A DNA stretch of 64,000 nt from Fibrobacterota bacterium (GCA_042567505.1 JBHPJW010000002.1:17686-81685), one strand, 5' to 3'; positions 1 to 10,005 are shown, counted from the first letter of the stretch. The notes: generated from the letters alone by a model not told the origin. Made by a program: numbers and translations.

Positions 1-143
1 CAGGACGTGTATATCAAGGACATGCCCGGCTCTTAAATGCCTGGGGTCAGCTATAGCGGTATGATAAGAATCCTCAGCAGTGTCCGGTTAATTTCCTCAC
101 AATTTGCGATAGGTCTATGAAATACAGTAGGTTAGCACATTTT

Positions 144-213
144 TTAGACAGGATGGACAGGATGGAATGGATTAAAGAAATAATGTTTTGTTTATCCTGT
201 ACATCCTGTCTAA
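144..213. repeat. Inverted repeat built from 9-bp units (GACAGGATG-like)
   Basis: Left arm TTAGACAGGATGGACAGGAT (144-163) matches the reverse complement of ATCCTGTACATCCTGTCTAA (194-213) at 19/20. Confidence 0.85.
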
Positions 214-376
214 TAAAAACAAGATTTTACCCGGACACTAATGAATAATCCTTTATTCCCTGTCTTAAAAAAACAAGCGCTTTCCGCTGGAGAGTATTGA
301 CACGGAATCAGCCTCCGGCGGGATTACCGATACCTTTTCCATAGGTGTACCGGGTTAAGCTTGTGCCAGGAAACCC

Positions 377-1873
377 CTACAGCTTATACAGTTCAGTGTA
401 CTTTCCCGTGATATAGTCCGCGAAATGCCTGGAGGACGGCGGTTCTCCGGTCACTTTTTCCACCAGCTCCGCGGGACTGTACCTCCTGCCGTGTTTGTGA
501 ACGCGGTCGCGCAGCCACTCCCGCAAAGGATAAAAATCTCCTTTTTCGATGTTCTCATCCAGGTCCTGGATATCTTTCCGGGCCTGGTTGAACAACTGGG
601 CCGAGTACAAATTACCCAGGGAATAGGCGGGAAAATACCCTATGAGGCCGGCACTCCAGTGCACGTCCTGCAGGTATCCATTGCGCGCCTGATCCGGAGA
701 GAGTCCCAGCAGCCTTTTCATTTTCTCGTTCCAGGCCTCTTCCACGTCTTCTATTTTCAGGTTCCCCTCAAACAGGTCTTTTTCTATCTCAAAGCGCAGG
801 ATAATATGCAGGTTATAAGACACTTCGTCGGCCCCCACCCGGATAAAGGAAGGCTTGACCTCGTTCAATGCCAGGTGGAAATCAGCCAGGAACGACTTTG
901 CCAGCTGCTCTGGAAACACTTTTTTCAGCTTGCTGAAATAGTTTTTCCAGAACGGCAGGCCCCTGCCCACCTGGTTTTCCCACAGGCGCGACTGGGATTC
1001 GTGAATTCCCAGGGACACAGCTTCGGCCATGGGCGTGTTGTAATACACTGGTGAAAACCCCTGCTCATACAGCCCGTGACCGCCCTCATGTACCGTGGCG
1101 GATATTGATCCCATCACTTCATGCTCATTGTACCTGGTGGTCAGGCGCACATCCCCCGGGCAGATTCCCTCGGTAAAGGGATGGGCGGAAATATCCAGCC
1201 TGCCCGCCTCCAGCTGAAATCCCAGGTCCCGCAATACCATGTCATTAAACATTTTCTGGGTTTGCACCGGGAAGGACTGGGTCAGCAGATCCCGGTCCGG
1301 CTCCACCGGCGAATGGGTTATCTTCTGCAGCAAGGGCACGGTTTTGTCCTTGAGGTCCGCCAGGATGACCGCTATCTCCTCTGCCGTGGCTTCGGGCTCA
1401 TACTGGTCCAGGAGCGCGTCGTAGGGACACTGCTCATAACCCAGGCACTCGGCGAGTTCCCTGCTCAGATCAAAAACTTTTTTCAACCAGGGATTGAACA
1501 GGCTGGTATCGTTTTTGGGCATGGCCTCCGCCCAGGTCTGCTGGGCCAGGGAGGTGGTCATGGCCAGCTCCTGGGTGAGCCTGGCGGGAATTTTCAACAG
1601 TTTGTCCCGGTCTTTTTTCACTTCCCGCAGGTTGGCCTGTTCCTCTTTGGACAGGTCTTTCGCTTCCTGCAGTGTTTCAATCAGCTCCCCCAGCTCCGGA
1701 TGGCAGTATTTCTCCTGTGCCACCTTGGAGAGCACGGCGCTGCTTTCCGCCCTTGACTTACCCCCCCGGGGAGGCATCATGGTCTCCTGGTCCCAGCCCA
1801 GAAGGGCCTGGGCGGACTTGATTGAGTAGATCTCATTAACCAGGGAAATGAATCGTTGATATTCCTTATTCAT
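377..1873 (-). CDS. Carboxypeptidase, M32 (Taq-like) family
   Basis: 498 aa; LLGWDQETMMP N-terminus, HPF, HEGGH (HEXXH), HESQS, IRVGADE, QDVHW and GYFPAY motifs. Confidence 0.95.
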   Translation of the reverse strand: MNKEYQRFISLVNEIYSIKSAQALLGWDQETMMPPRGGKSRAESSAVLSKVAQEKYCHPELGELIETLQEAKDLSKEEQANLREVKKDRDKLLKIPARLTQELAMTTSLAQQTWAEAMPKNDTSLFNPWLKKVFDLSRELAECLGYEQCPYDALLDQYEPEATAEEIAVILADLKDKTVPLLQKITHSPVEPDRDLLTQSFPVQTQKMFNDMVLRDLGFQLEAGRLDISAHPFTEGICPGDVRLTTRYNEHEVMGSISATVHEGGHGLYEQGFSPVYYNTPMAEAVSLGIHESQSRLWENQVGRGLPFWKNYFSKLKKVFPEQLAKSFLADFHLALNEVKPSFIRVGADEVSYNLHIILRFEIEKDLFEGNLKIEDVEEAWNEKMKRLLGLSPDQARNGYLQDVHWSAGLIGYFPAYSLGNLYSAQLFNQARKDIQDLDENIEKGDFYPLREWLRDRVHKHGRRYSPAELVEKVTGEPPSSRHFADYITGKYTELYKL

Positions 1874-1905
1874 GTGACTTAGTATCCGATAAAGAAGCTT
1901 CTTTA

Positions 1906-2143
1906 CTGTCTTGCCGGGCTAGACCCGGCATCTTTCCCAAGGCAAGATTCCGGCCTTCGAGACTGTGTCATAATTACCATAGCTGTCATTGTCCGGCTTG
2001 ACCGGACAATCTCCCACTATCGATTTGGCCTTTCTCAGATAAAAAGCCACCTCATTAGATGGAGATTCCCTGCATTCGCAGGGAATGACAGATTCTTGTT
2101 TCATTTTACCAATTATGACACAGTCTCCTTTGCCGGAATAACA
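1906..2143. repeat. Cluster of REP-like palindromes containing a 169-bp MITE-like unit with 17-bp terminal inverted repeats
   Basis: GAGACTGTGTCATAATT (1959-1975) and AATTATGACACAGTCTC (2111-2127) are perfect inverted repeats. TGTC(A/T)T...ATCT hairpins lie at about 1906-1933, 1983-2012 and 2063-2090. Confidence 0.75.
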
Positions 2144-2234
2144 ATTTCAAGTTCCCTTTTGCCCAAGAACCGGTTCTGCTTTAATACCTCCGCTAAAAAA
2201 TAGATAATTTATCTTTGCATGGAGGGTGACGTAC

Positions 2235-3110
2235 ATGAAACTCGGACTGGTACAGATAAAAGGAGATTGTCAAAGGCCGGAAAGGTTCCGCCGGCTACTC
2301 TCCCTGGTAAGGAAAGCGGCAGGATCCGGGGCCCGCATTCTGGTCCTGCCCGAATTATTTCTGCACCGCTATTTCTGCCAGGCAGAGGATTCGGGAAACT
2401 TCCTTTTGGCGCATTCACAGCACAGGGATGAAATCAAGCGCCTGCGGGCGCTGGCCAAAGAGTTGGAAATTGTACTCATCGTCCCCTATTTTGAAAAACG
2501 GGAAAAAGACGTTTATCACAATTCCGCAGTGATCTTTGACGCTGACGGCTCCGACCTGGGTACCTACCGCAAGATGCATATACCGGATGATCCGGGCTTT
2601 CACGAAAAGTACTACTTCACTCCCGGCGATCTGGGCTTTAAAACGTTTTCCACCAGATACGGGCGGGTGGGAGTGCTCATATGCTGGGATCAGTGGTTCC
2701 CCGAGGCCGCCCGTCTCACGGCCCTGAGCGGTTGTGACCTGATTGTCTGCCCCACTGCCATCGCCTGGGACCGGCGGGAGCTTAAGGGACTCAGCGCAGA
2801 AGAAGGGAACATGGTTAAAACAGAGCAGCTGGAGGCCTGGAAGACCGTGCAGAGAAGCCATGCCATAGCAAACGGGGTGTTCCTGGCGGCGGTGAACCGG
2901 GTGGGAAGGGAAGACAACCTTGATTTCTGGGGCAGCTCTTTTATCTGCAACACCATGGGAGGGGAACTTGGTTCCCTGAATGTTACTGAAGAAAAGGTAT
3001 TGATCGCCGACTGCGACTTTGGGGAAATTGAAAAAACCCGGAACACCTGGACGTTTTTCAGGGACAGGCGGCCGGAGTGGTATGGTGGGCTTGTGGAGAG
3101 GTTTAATTAG
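2235..3110 (+). CDS. aguB: N-carbamoylputrescine amidase (carbon-nitrogen hydrolase)
   Basis: Nitrilase triad contexts LPELF, YRKMHIPDDPG and ICWDQWFPEAAR; adjacent to agmatine deiminase; GGAGGG RBS supports the ATG at 2235. Confidence 0.92.
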   Translation: MKLGLVQIKGDCQRPERFRRLLSLVRKAAGSGARILVLPELFLHRYFCQAEDSGNFLLAHSQHRDEIKRLRALAKELEIVLIVPYFEKREKDVYHNSAVIFDADGSDLGTYRKMHIPDDPGFHEKYYFTPGDLGFKTFSTRYGRVGVLICWDQWFPEAARLTALSGCDLIVCPTAIAWDRRELKGLSAEEGNMVKTEQLEAWKTVQRSHAIANGVFLAAVNRVGREDNLDFWGSSFICNTMGGELGSLNVTEEKVLIADCDFGEIEKTRNTWTFFRDRRPEWYGGLVERFN

Positions 3111-3278
3111 GTGTGAGGTTTTATTAGTCATTTACGCCTGCCTTTTTCACTTTTTCGTGGGGCATGCAGGCGCGTCATTAGTCATTAGGAGAAAAATCTC
3201 CAATTAATGACTAATGACGCGCCCACGTTAAAAGAAGCGGTGCAATGGGGCGCTAATGACAAATGACACCTCACATCT
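3109..3278. repeat. Nested inverted repeats of the heptamer TCATTAG/CTAATGA between aguB and aguA
   Basis: Perfect 19-bp inverted repeat GGCGCGTCATTAGTCATTA (3169-3187) / 3205-3223; outer arms AGGTGTGAGG (3109-3118) / CCTCACATCT (3269-3278) match at 9/10. Confidence 0.85.
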
Positions 3279-3324
3279 CTTACCTTTTTAAAACCCAACT
3301 ATAACCATCTTCCTCTATGAGCAC

Positions 3325-4347
3325 ATGAACCTAACCCAAAACTACCGACTCCCCGCTGAATGGGAGCCCCAGGAGGCCGTGTGGCTGGTGTGGCCGCAAA
3401 ACCGGGAAACCTGGGGGGCCTTCCTGCCGGAAATTGAAAAAACCTATTACTCAATCTGCCACGCCATATTAGAATATGAACCGGTCTACCTGCTGGGAGA
3501 CAATCAGGCCCTGCTGAATACGGTAGGGCAAAAGATGCAAAAGCGTCATGCTCATGAAAAGCATATCGTGAGAGCGCCCACCAATGACTGCTGGATCCGT
3601 GATTACGGGGGAATGACGGTTATTTCCAAAACAACCGGGGAATCCAGGCGCTCGGTCCTGAACTGGAAATTCAATTCCTGGGGCGGAAAGTACCCGCCCT
3701 GGGATGATGATGACAAAATTCCGGATGTGATGGCAGGTGCCCATCATGCCGAAAGGATTGACATCGATATGGTGATGGAAGGAGGCTCAATCGAGGTAAA
3801 CGGAAAAGGAAAATTGCTGACCACGGAGCAATGCCTTCTGGGCGCCGGAAGAAATCCAGGGATTTCCCGGCCGCAATTAGAGGCTTTGCTCTTCCGGTAC
3901 CTGGGAGCGGAAGAGTTCATCTGGCTGCAAGGAGGCATTGAAGGTGACGACACGGACGGACATGTGGATAACCTGGCCCGGTTCGTCAACGAAACGACCC
4001 TTTTCTGCGCCATCGAAGAGTCAGCCTTCCGGTGCAATTTCCAGGCCCTGAAAAAAAACCAGCGGATCCTGGAGTCCTCTGCTTCCCGCATGGGCATGGA
4101 CCTCATAGAGGTCCCCCTTCCCGCCCCTGTCTTTGTCGATGAGGTCAGGACGCCGGCCTCGTACATGAATTTCCTAATCATAAACGGGGCCGTGCTGGTC
4201 CCCGTGTTCGCCGATGCAAGGGATGAAAAAACTCTCTGCCTGTTTGAACAGCATTTCCCCGGCCGCCGGATCGTCCCCGTCGACTGCCGGTCGTTGTCTT
4301 ACGGATTGGGGGGGCTTCACTGTATCACCATGCAGGTGCCGGCATAA
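3325..4347 (+). CDS. aguA: Agmatine deiminase (peptidyl-arginine deiminase-like family)
   Basis: PAEWEP, WIRDYG, FNSWGGKY, EGGSIE, DTDGHVD, ASYMNF and GGLHCITMQ motifs. Confidence 0.95.
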   Translation: MNLTQNYRLPAEWEPQEAVWLVWPQNRETWGAFLPEIEKTYYSICHAILEYEPVYLLGDNQALLNTVGQKMQKRHAHEKHIVRAPTNDCWIRDYGGMTVISKTTGESRRSVLNWKFNSWGGKYPPWDDDDKIPDVMAGAHHAERIDIDMVMEGGSIEVNGKGKLLTTEQCLLGAGRNPGISRPQLEALLFRYLGAEEFIWLQGGIEGDDTDGHVDNLARFVNETTLFCAIEESAFRCNFQALKKNQRILESSASRMGMDLIEVPLPAPVFVDEVRTPASYMNFLIINGAVLVPVFADARDEKTLCLFEQHFPGRRIVPVDCRSLSYGLGGLHCITMQVPA

Positions 4348-4473
4348 GGCGGAAAAAAATCCTGAAAAAATATGATCCATATCACAATAGGCCCCCTGTA
4401 AAAATCATATATTTGAATAAACCACCCAACTGGGATTAGGTATGCCGGGGTTAATAAAGAACCAAACTGTAAA

Positions 4474-7389
4474 ATGCCTTTTTTAAAAAAAGCCACTTTT
4501 TTTTCCGCCCTTTGCTGGCTATCCCTTTTCTGTTCCTGCTCCACAACCACCGATGCGCCTCCGGCGGAAAGACAGTTGCCGGTGGTTTTTCCCGACTCCA
4601 TCGTGGCGGATATGGACAGTTTTTTGGTACAGATTTTCAATCCGGGAGATGCCCTCAGTCCTGTACAGACGGTATCCGGGAGCGTCGAAGATCTCTCCTC
4701 CGGGTCCCTGACCATCTTATTATCCGAAGTTGTCGCCGACGACTTCCAGGTCTCGGTGCAGGGTTTTAAGGACAATCAGGTTATCATAAACAAGAACGTG
4801 GAGGTGGCACAAGGACAGGATCCAGTGGTGGAAGACGTGCTGGCGGTGGCGACCGGCGATTCCACCTCGGCCCTGAGCTCACTTGCTCTTTCCCCGGGAT
4901 CTCTGAGCCCCTCTTTTGATCCCGATCATATAAGCTACCGGGTGGCCCTGGACAACATCCACTCCCAGGTAACGTTCACCCCGGCCGTGATGGACTCAGG
5001 CGCCACCATCCTTTTGAACGGCGACACGGTGGCGTCCGGCCTGCCCGTCCAGGTTTCCGAACTCGATACCGGAAACACCTACGTATCCTTAAGGGTCATC
5101 TCATTGGCAGGCATATCCCGGAACTACCAGGTAATTATCAACCGGGAGGACTACTCCAAGGTGAAACTTTCCGGCCTCGCCCTTTCCTCAGGGATCCTGA
5201 CCCCGGCCTTTCATCAGGACTCCCTCCAATACCAGGTCCAGCTGTTGTACACGGACTCTGTCTTTCATGTCACCCCCGGCGCCACCGTCCAGGCCTCCAT
5301 CGTGGTGAACGACGCCACCGTCATCCAGGGAACCAGATCGCCCGACATCAACCTGGCCGTGGGTATCAATCCAATCCTGATCCAGGTGATAGGGCAGCAT
5401 GACCTGCAGATGGCCTATACGCTAAACGTCATCAGGGACCCCAGGCCCAGCTCCAGACTGGCGGAAATGTCCGTCTTCCCGGGCGACCTGAGCCCCGTCT
5501 TTCAGCCGGACAGCACGGATTATTCGGTCTTCTTCACCCATTCGGATTCATTAATAAGGATTTTTGGAGCGGTCCTGAATCCCCTGTCCACCATGGCTGT
5601 TAACGGAGTTCCCCTGGCCCCGGGCGATTCCTCGGCCTTCTTGCCGCTTGTGATCGGCGGAAATGTCATCGATGTAAAAGTAACGGCCTATGACAGCTCC
5701 AGCACTCTATACCGGATATCCATCATCCGGGCCGACATGCCAAACGCCGCGTTGTCCGGCCTCACCCTCAGCGAAGGGACCCTGGAGCCGGCTTTTCATC
5801 CCGACAGCACCTCCTACCGGGTATCGCTGCCCCACACCACCACCGCGGTGTTCATGACCCCGGCCCTGGACCCGGGAAACTGGGCCATGGAATATGAGGG
5901 AGCGGCCCTGGGCTATGGATCGTCCACCCCCCCCCTGTCCCTGAAGATAGGCGACACCACGGTCAGCCTCACGGTTTCTGCCGACAGCGGATACTACCCC
6001 ACCACCTACTCGGTTACGTTTACCAGGAACCCGGACACCAACGCCAACCTGGCCCTGCTTTCCCTGTGCAACACCTGCTTTCTCATTCCGGCCTTTGACA
6101 AGAACACCCTGGATTATTTCTATAACGGCATCATGGGGGACCTGAGCGTCCGGGCCGTCACCGAGGGAAACGCCACCGTTACCATCAACGGCGACACCAT
6201 CGTGCCCGGCAGCACTTATCCCATGACCGGATTGGCTCCCGGTCCCCACCGGATACAAATAGAAGTCACGGCCCAGGACACTGTCACCAAAAAGCTCTAC
6301 ACCGCCACAGCGGTGATAAACGGACAGGGTGATCTGCCTCCCTTCACTGAATGCACGGACACCAGGGTGGTGGCCACCCGGCTCCACAAGGGAATTCCCC
6401 ATGTGATGTATCCCGATTGCGAAGTGGGAAACCGGCTCACCGTCAAGCGGTACGCAGGGGGGGAATGGGAAACCCTGGGCGCGCCCGGCATATCAACCGG
6501 CGAGGCCGGCTCCATGGATTACGCGGGAGTTATCTTCACCGAAATGGAGCTGGAAGCCGACGATGAAGCCGTGTACGCGGCCTATCGCGACTCCCGGGGA
6601 AAGGCCACGGTCAAAAAATTCGACAGCGCCTGGAGCGTGCTGGGAACCGAAAGTTTCAGTGTGGACCAGATAACCAGTCTTGTCCTGGATGTGGACGCCG
6701 GAGTGCCTTATGCCGGCTACCTCGACGGCTCCGATTATGTCATTCAGAAATACCTGGGATTGTCCTGGGAGCCTGCCGGACTCGCCCCGCCCGGGCTCTC
6801 CGGCATGGAAGTCAGAGGCGGCGAGATGTATGCGGCTTACCTGAGCGGCGGAAAGGCCTCCGTCTCCGTCTCCACCGGAGCGTCCTGGGACTCAGTGGGA
6901 ACAGGGGAATTTTCCGGCAACGTGGGCGGCGCCCTGAAGTTCGGACTGAGCGGTGAAACTCCCCACGTGGGATACTTAGACTCGGACCAGGGCGATCCGG
7001 TTATCATGAATTACTCCGCCGGCGCCTGGCAGGTGATAAAGAACTTCAATCCGCTGATCATTCCCCTGCCCCCCGGCCCTCTGGTAAAAGCAAGCACCTC
7101 ATCAGTGATTTATTTTCCTGAATATGAATTCACCGTAGATGATCAGGGATCCATGTTCACGGCCTACCGGGACACCACGGATTACGCGTCCGGCATGGGG
7201 ATTTACGCTTATAATCCCAACACCTGGCTGGATTGGGAACTGGTGGACAGGCGAAACGGAATATACCGGAAGTCTTTTTCCTCCTATGAGGGAGATCTGA
7301 TTGCCGCGTACCACCCGGACGGGGGCGCGCCGCTTATTTACGGCTACTGGCACCTGAGGCCCGTTGTCATGAAACGTTCGGCGCGATGA
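4474..7389 (+). CDS. Large surface lipoprotein with five cadherin-like beta-sandwich repeats and a C-terminal beta-propeller-like region
   Basis: Lipobox (FCSC); five repeats of LxxLxLSxGxLxPxFxPDxxxY; W-x-x-(L/V)-G repeats in the C-terminal part. Confidence 0.8.
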   Translation: MPFLKKATFFSALCWLSLFCSCSTTTDAPPAERQLPVVFPDSIVADMDSFLVQIFNPGDALSPVQTVSGSVEDLSSGSLTILLSEVVADDFQVSVQGFKDNQVIINKNVEVAQGQDPVVEDVLAVATGDSTSALSSLALSPGSLSPSFDPDHISYRVALDNIHSQVTFTPAVMDSGATILLNGDTVASGLPVQVSELDTGNTYVSLRVISLAGISRNYQVIINREDYSKVKLSGLALSSGILTPAFHQDSLQYQVQLLYTDSVFHVTPGATVQASIVVNDATVIQGTRSPDINLAVGINPILIQVIGQHDLQMAYTLNVIRDPRPSSRLAEMSVFPGDLSPVFQPDSTDYSVFFTHSDSLIRIFGAVLNPLSTMAVNGVPLAPGDSSAFLPLVIGGNVIDVKVTAYDSSSTLYRISIIRADMPNAALSGLTLSEGTLEPAFHPDSTSYRVSLPHTTTAVFMTPALDPGNWAMEYEGAALGYGSSTPPLSLKIGDTTVSLTVSADSGYYPTTYSVTFTRNPDTNANLALLSLCNTCFLIPAFDKNTLDYFYNGIMGDLSVRAVTEGNATVTINGDTIVPGSTYPMTGLAPGPHRIQIEVTAQDTVTKKLYTATAVINGQGDLPPFTECTDTRVVATRLHKGIPHVMYPDCEVGNRLTVKRYAGGEWETLGAPGISTGEAGSMDYAGVIFTEMELEADDEAVYAAYRDSRGKATVKKFDSAWSVLGTESFSVDQITSLVLDVDAGVPYAGYLDGSDYVIQKYLGLSWEPAGLAPPGLSGMEVRGGEMYAAYLSGGKASVSVSTGASWDSVGTGEFSGNVGGALKFGLSGETPHVGYLDSDQGDPVIMNYSAGAWQVIKNFNPLIIPLPPGPLVKASTSSVIYFPEYEFTVDDQGSMFTAYRDTTDYASGMGIYAYNPNTWLDWELVDRRNGIYRKSFSSYEGDLIAAYHPDGGAPLIYGYWHLRPVVMKRSAR

Positions 7390-7997
7390 GGCATAACCAT
7401 GGAGACCGCATGTTGTTAACATCAAGAGCTAGGACCTGCTGGACGCTGGTGGGGATAGTAATCCTCTGCCAGGGCTATTCCCTGCAGGGGATCAGGAAGG
7501 ACGGCAGCCTGGATAAGGACGCCCTGAAAAAATATTACTTCGAGGGAGAATTTGACAAGGTCCTGGAGGTTCTGGAGATCTACCGCAAGGAAAAAATCTT
7601 GAAGCCCAAAGAGGACCGGATATTCACTTATAAATACCTGGGCGTGATTTACGCCGCCAAACCCGAAACCAGGGAAAAAGCCGAGAGCTACATGTATCAG
7701 ATGTTGAAACTCGACCCCGGCGCGGATTTGTCGGACATGTATATCTCAGAAAGCATTGAGACTATTTTCCTCAATGTCAGGGAACGGTACGTCCGCCTGA
7801 AGGTCAAGGAATCCCCGCCGAAAAAGGCCCCTGAACCGGAAGATGACGATTCCAAAAAAATCGGGAAATGGGTGTGGTGGACCGCCGGAGGACTTGCCGT
7901 GACCGGAGTGGTGGCAGCCTTTGTCCTGATGTCCGGTGAAGACGAACCTGCTGCGCAGGATACGGTTGCGCTTGCTCCGATTGTGCTGGGATTTTAG
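7386..7997 (+). CDS. Hypothetical membrane protein (TPR-like helical domain, C-terminal TM segment)
   Basis: ATGA overlap with the upstream gene; YKYLGVIYA...AESY..QML.LDP TPR-like segment; WVWWTAGGLAVTGVVAAFVLM hydrophobic stretch. Confidence 0.65.
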   Translation: MRHNHGDRMLLTSRARTCWTLVGIVILCQGYSLQGIRKDGSLDKDALKKYYFEGEFDKVLEVLEIYRKEKILKPKEDRIFTYKYLGVIYAAKPETREKAESYMYQMLKLDPGADLSDMYISESIETIFLNVRERYVRLKVKESPPKKAPEPEDDDSKKIGKWVWWTAGGLAVTGVVAAFVLMSGEDEPAAQDTVALAPIVLGF

Positions 7998-8121
7998 TCA
8001 AGTTCAGCAGTGTCCGGCTAAATCCCATGCGAAGCCAAAAAAAAATGGGCCGGGTTACGGGTTTCCAGAGAGGCATGGCCTTTGGCAGGGAATCCAACCG
8101 GGCACTCTTGAGCCAGAACAC

Positions 8122-9930
8122 ATGACGCTGAAAAACCGACTTAAGCGGATTCCCGCCGGCCCCGGGGTCTATATCATGAAAGGGGCCGGGGGCGGGATCA
8201 TATACATCGGGAAGGCCGTCAACCTCAAAAACCGCGTGCGCAGCTATTTCACGGAGAAGGCCTCCGCTTCCCATTTTGCCGGCTATGTTCTGAAAGAAAA
8301 GACCCGGGACATCGACTGGATCATCACCAGCAACGAGCTGGAGGCGCTCATTCTGGAGGCCAACCTGGTGCGCAAGCACCGGCCCAGGTACAATGTGATG
8401 CTCAAGGATGACAAGCATTTTCCCTACATAAAGCTGACCGCCTCCGAGCTCTTCCCAAGGATCATCGTCACCAGGAAGGTGGCCAGGGGAGCCGATCTTT
8501 ATTTCGGCCCCTACACGGACGCGCGAGCCATGCGCGGCACCATCGAGATGATCTATAAGGTCTTCCGCATACGCGATTGCAGCCTGGACCTGCCCTTAAA
8601 AAAGCCCATCAGGCCCTGCCTCACGTATCACATCAAGCGTTGCGACGCCCCCTGCGCGAACCTGTGCTCTGTGGAAGAATACGGAAGGCTGGTGGATGAA
8701 ACCGCCCTGCTTTTAAACGGCCGGAACCGGGAACTGGTAACCATCCTGAAAAACAGCATGAAAGAGGCCTCTCAAAGCCGGAGGTATGAGGACGCGGCCA
8801 GGATAAGGGACCAAATCAATGACCTTGAACTCATCCTGGAAAAACAGAAAATGGATCTGGGCAAGGACGATGTCCCCCGCGATCTGGTCGCCGTGGCCCG
8901 GCAGGGGCGCATTGGCTGCGCGGTACTTCTTCGCATCCGGGGCGGGATAGTTATAGACAAGAAAACCTTTGAACTGTCCTGTCCCCTGGAACAGGACGGT
9001 CCGGAACTGATAACCCACTTCATCAAGGGCTACTACCAGGAACAAAAACTGATCCCCAGGGAATTGATAGTTTCCCATCCCCTTGTCCGGGAAGAAAACA
9101 TGGGGCCTGTGTTACGGGCCTTGCGGGGCGCGCCGGTCACTGTCATCGCGCCGGCCAGGGGAGCCAGGAAACGCCAGATCGAACTGGCCGTAAAAAACGC
9201 CCGCATGAACGTGGTGGAATTCGTTGCCCGGCAGGAAAAAAAGGAACGCCTGGCATACTCGGTGTCTGCCCTGCGGCAGGACCTGGGCCTGAAGGCCCCT
9301 CCCCGCCGGATTGAGGCCTTTGACATCTCACACCTTTCCGGCACCGACACCGTGGCCTCCCTGGTGGTGTTCGTGGACGGGAAACCAAAAAAGAGCCGGT
9401 ACCGCAAGTACAAGCTCACCACAGTGGAGGGCGTGGATGACTTCGCCGGCATGCGCGAAGTGGCGGGCAGGAGAATCAGGCGCCTGATGGAAGAGAACAA
9501 ACCATTTCCGGACCTGTTCCTGGTGGACGGCGGCAAGGGACAGCTGGGGGCCGTGGCCGAGGCCCTCAGAGAGGCCGGAAAGGACGGACAGGAGGTCATC
9601 GGCCTGGCAAAAAAACTTGAAGAGGTATTCAAGCCTGGAGAAGGCGCTCCCCTCATGATCCCCAGGACATCAGCCGGCCTTCGGCTCTTAAAGCACATCC
9701 GGGACGAATCCCATCGCTTTGCCATCGCCTTTCAGCGCTCCCGTCGGAAAAAATATCATGTCCGTTCCTGGCTGGACGATATCCCCGGAGTAGGACCCAA
9801 AACCCGGCAAAAGCTGCTGAGGGCCTTCAAGTCGCCGGAAACCATCCGTTCCCTGCCGGAAGAAGCGCTGGCCGAATGCGTTGGTCCCGCCTTGGCAGAT
9901 AAAATTCTTCGTTGGAATCCGCCAGTCTAA
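8122..9930 (+). CDS. uvrC: Excinuclease ABC subunit C
   Basis: GIY-YIG N-terminus (PGVYIM...IYIGKAVNL.NRV.SYF), UVR domain, RIEAFDISH, LVDGGKGQ, RDESHRFA and HhH C-terminus. Start set at MTLKNRL (8122). Confidence 0.97.
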   Translation: MTLKNRLKRIPAGPGVYIMKGAGGGIIYIGKAVNLKNRVRSYFTEKASASHFAGYVLKEKTRDIDWIITSNELEALILEANLVRKHRPRYNVMLKDDKHFPYIKLTASELFPRIIVTRKVARGADLYFGPYTDARAMRGTIEMIYKVFRIRDCSLDLPLKKPIRPCLTYHIKRCDAPCANLCSVEEYGRLVDETALLLNGRNRELVTILKNSMKEASQSRRYEDAARIRDQINDLELILEKQKMDLGKDDVPRDLVAVARQGRIGCAVLLRIRGGIVIDKKTFELSCPLEQDGPELITHFIKGYYQEQKLIPRELIVSHPLVREENMGPVLRALRGAPVTVIAPARGARKRQIELAVKNARMNVVEFVARQEKKERLAYSVSALRQDLGLKAPPRRIEAFDISHLSGTDTVASLVVFVDGKPKKSRYRKYKLTTVEGVDDFAGMREVAGRRIRRLMEENKPFPDLFLVDGGKGQLGAVAEALREAGKDGQEVIGLAKKLEEVFKPGEGAPLMIPRTSAGLRLLKHIRDESHRFAIAFQRSRRKKYHVRSWLDDIPGVGPKTRQKLLRAFKSPETIRSLPEEALAECVGPALADKILRWNPPV

Positions 9931-9941
9931 AGCGCCCTTTA

Positions 9942-9998
9942 TTTTAGAAGGATAACAGGATAAACAGGATTGATTATAATTGTGTTATCTGTCTAAAA
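9942..9998. repeat. Degenerate copy of the ACAGGAT 9-bp-unit inverted repeat between convergent genes
   Basis: TTTTAGAAGGATAACAGGATAAACAGGATT...TTATCTGTCTAAAA resembles the element at 144-213. Confidence 0.55.
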
Positions 9999-10005
9999 AA
10001 ATGCG

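Noticed and set aside
1-36. Possible 3' end of a plus-strand gene (QDVYIKDMPGS-stop)
   Set aside because: Only 11 codons are visible; it cannot be identified or confirmed as coding.
7936-8121. 62-aa N-terminal extension of UvrC from the ORF-track GTG start
   Set aside because: It overlaps the upstream gene and has no UvrC similarity; the conserved domain begins at ATG 8122.
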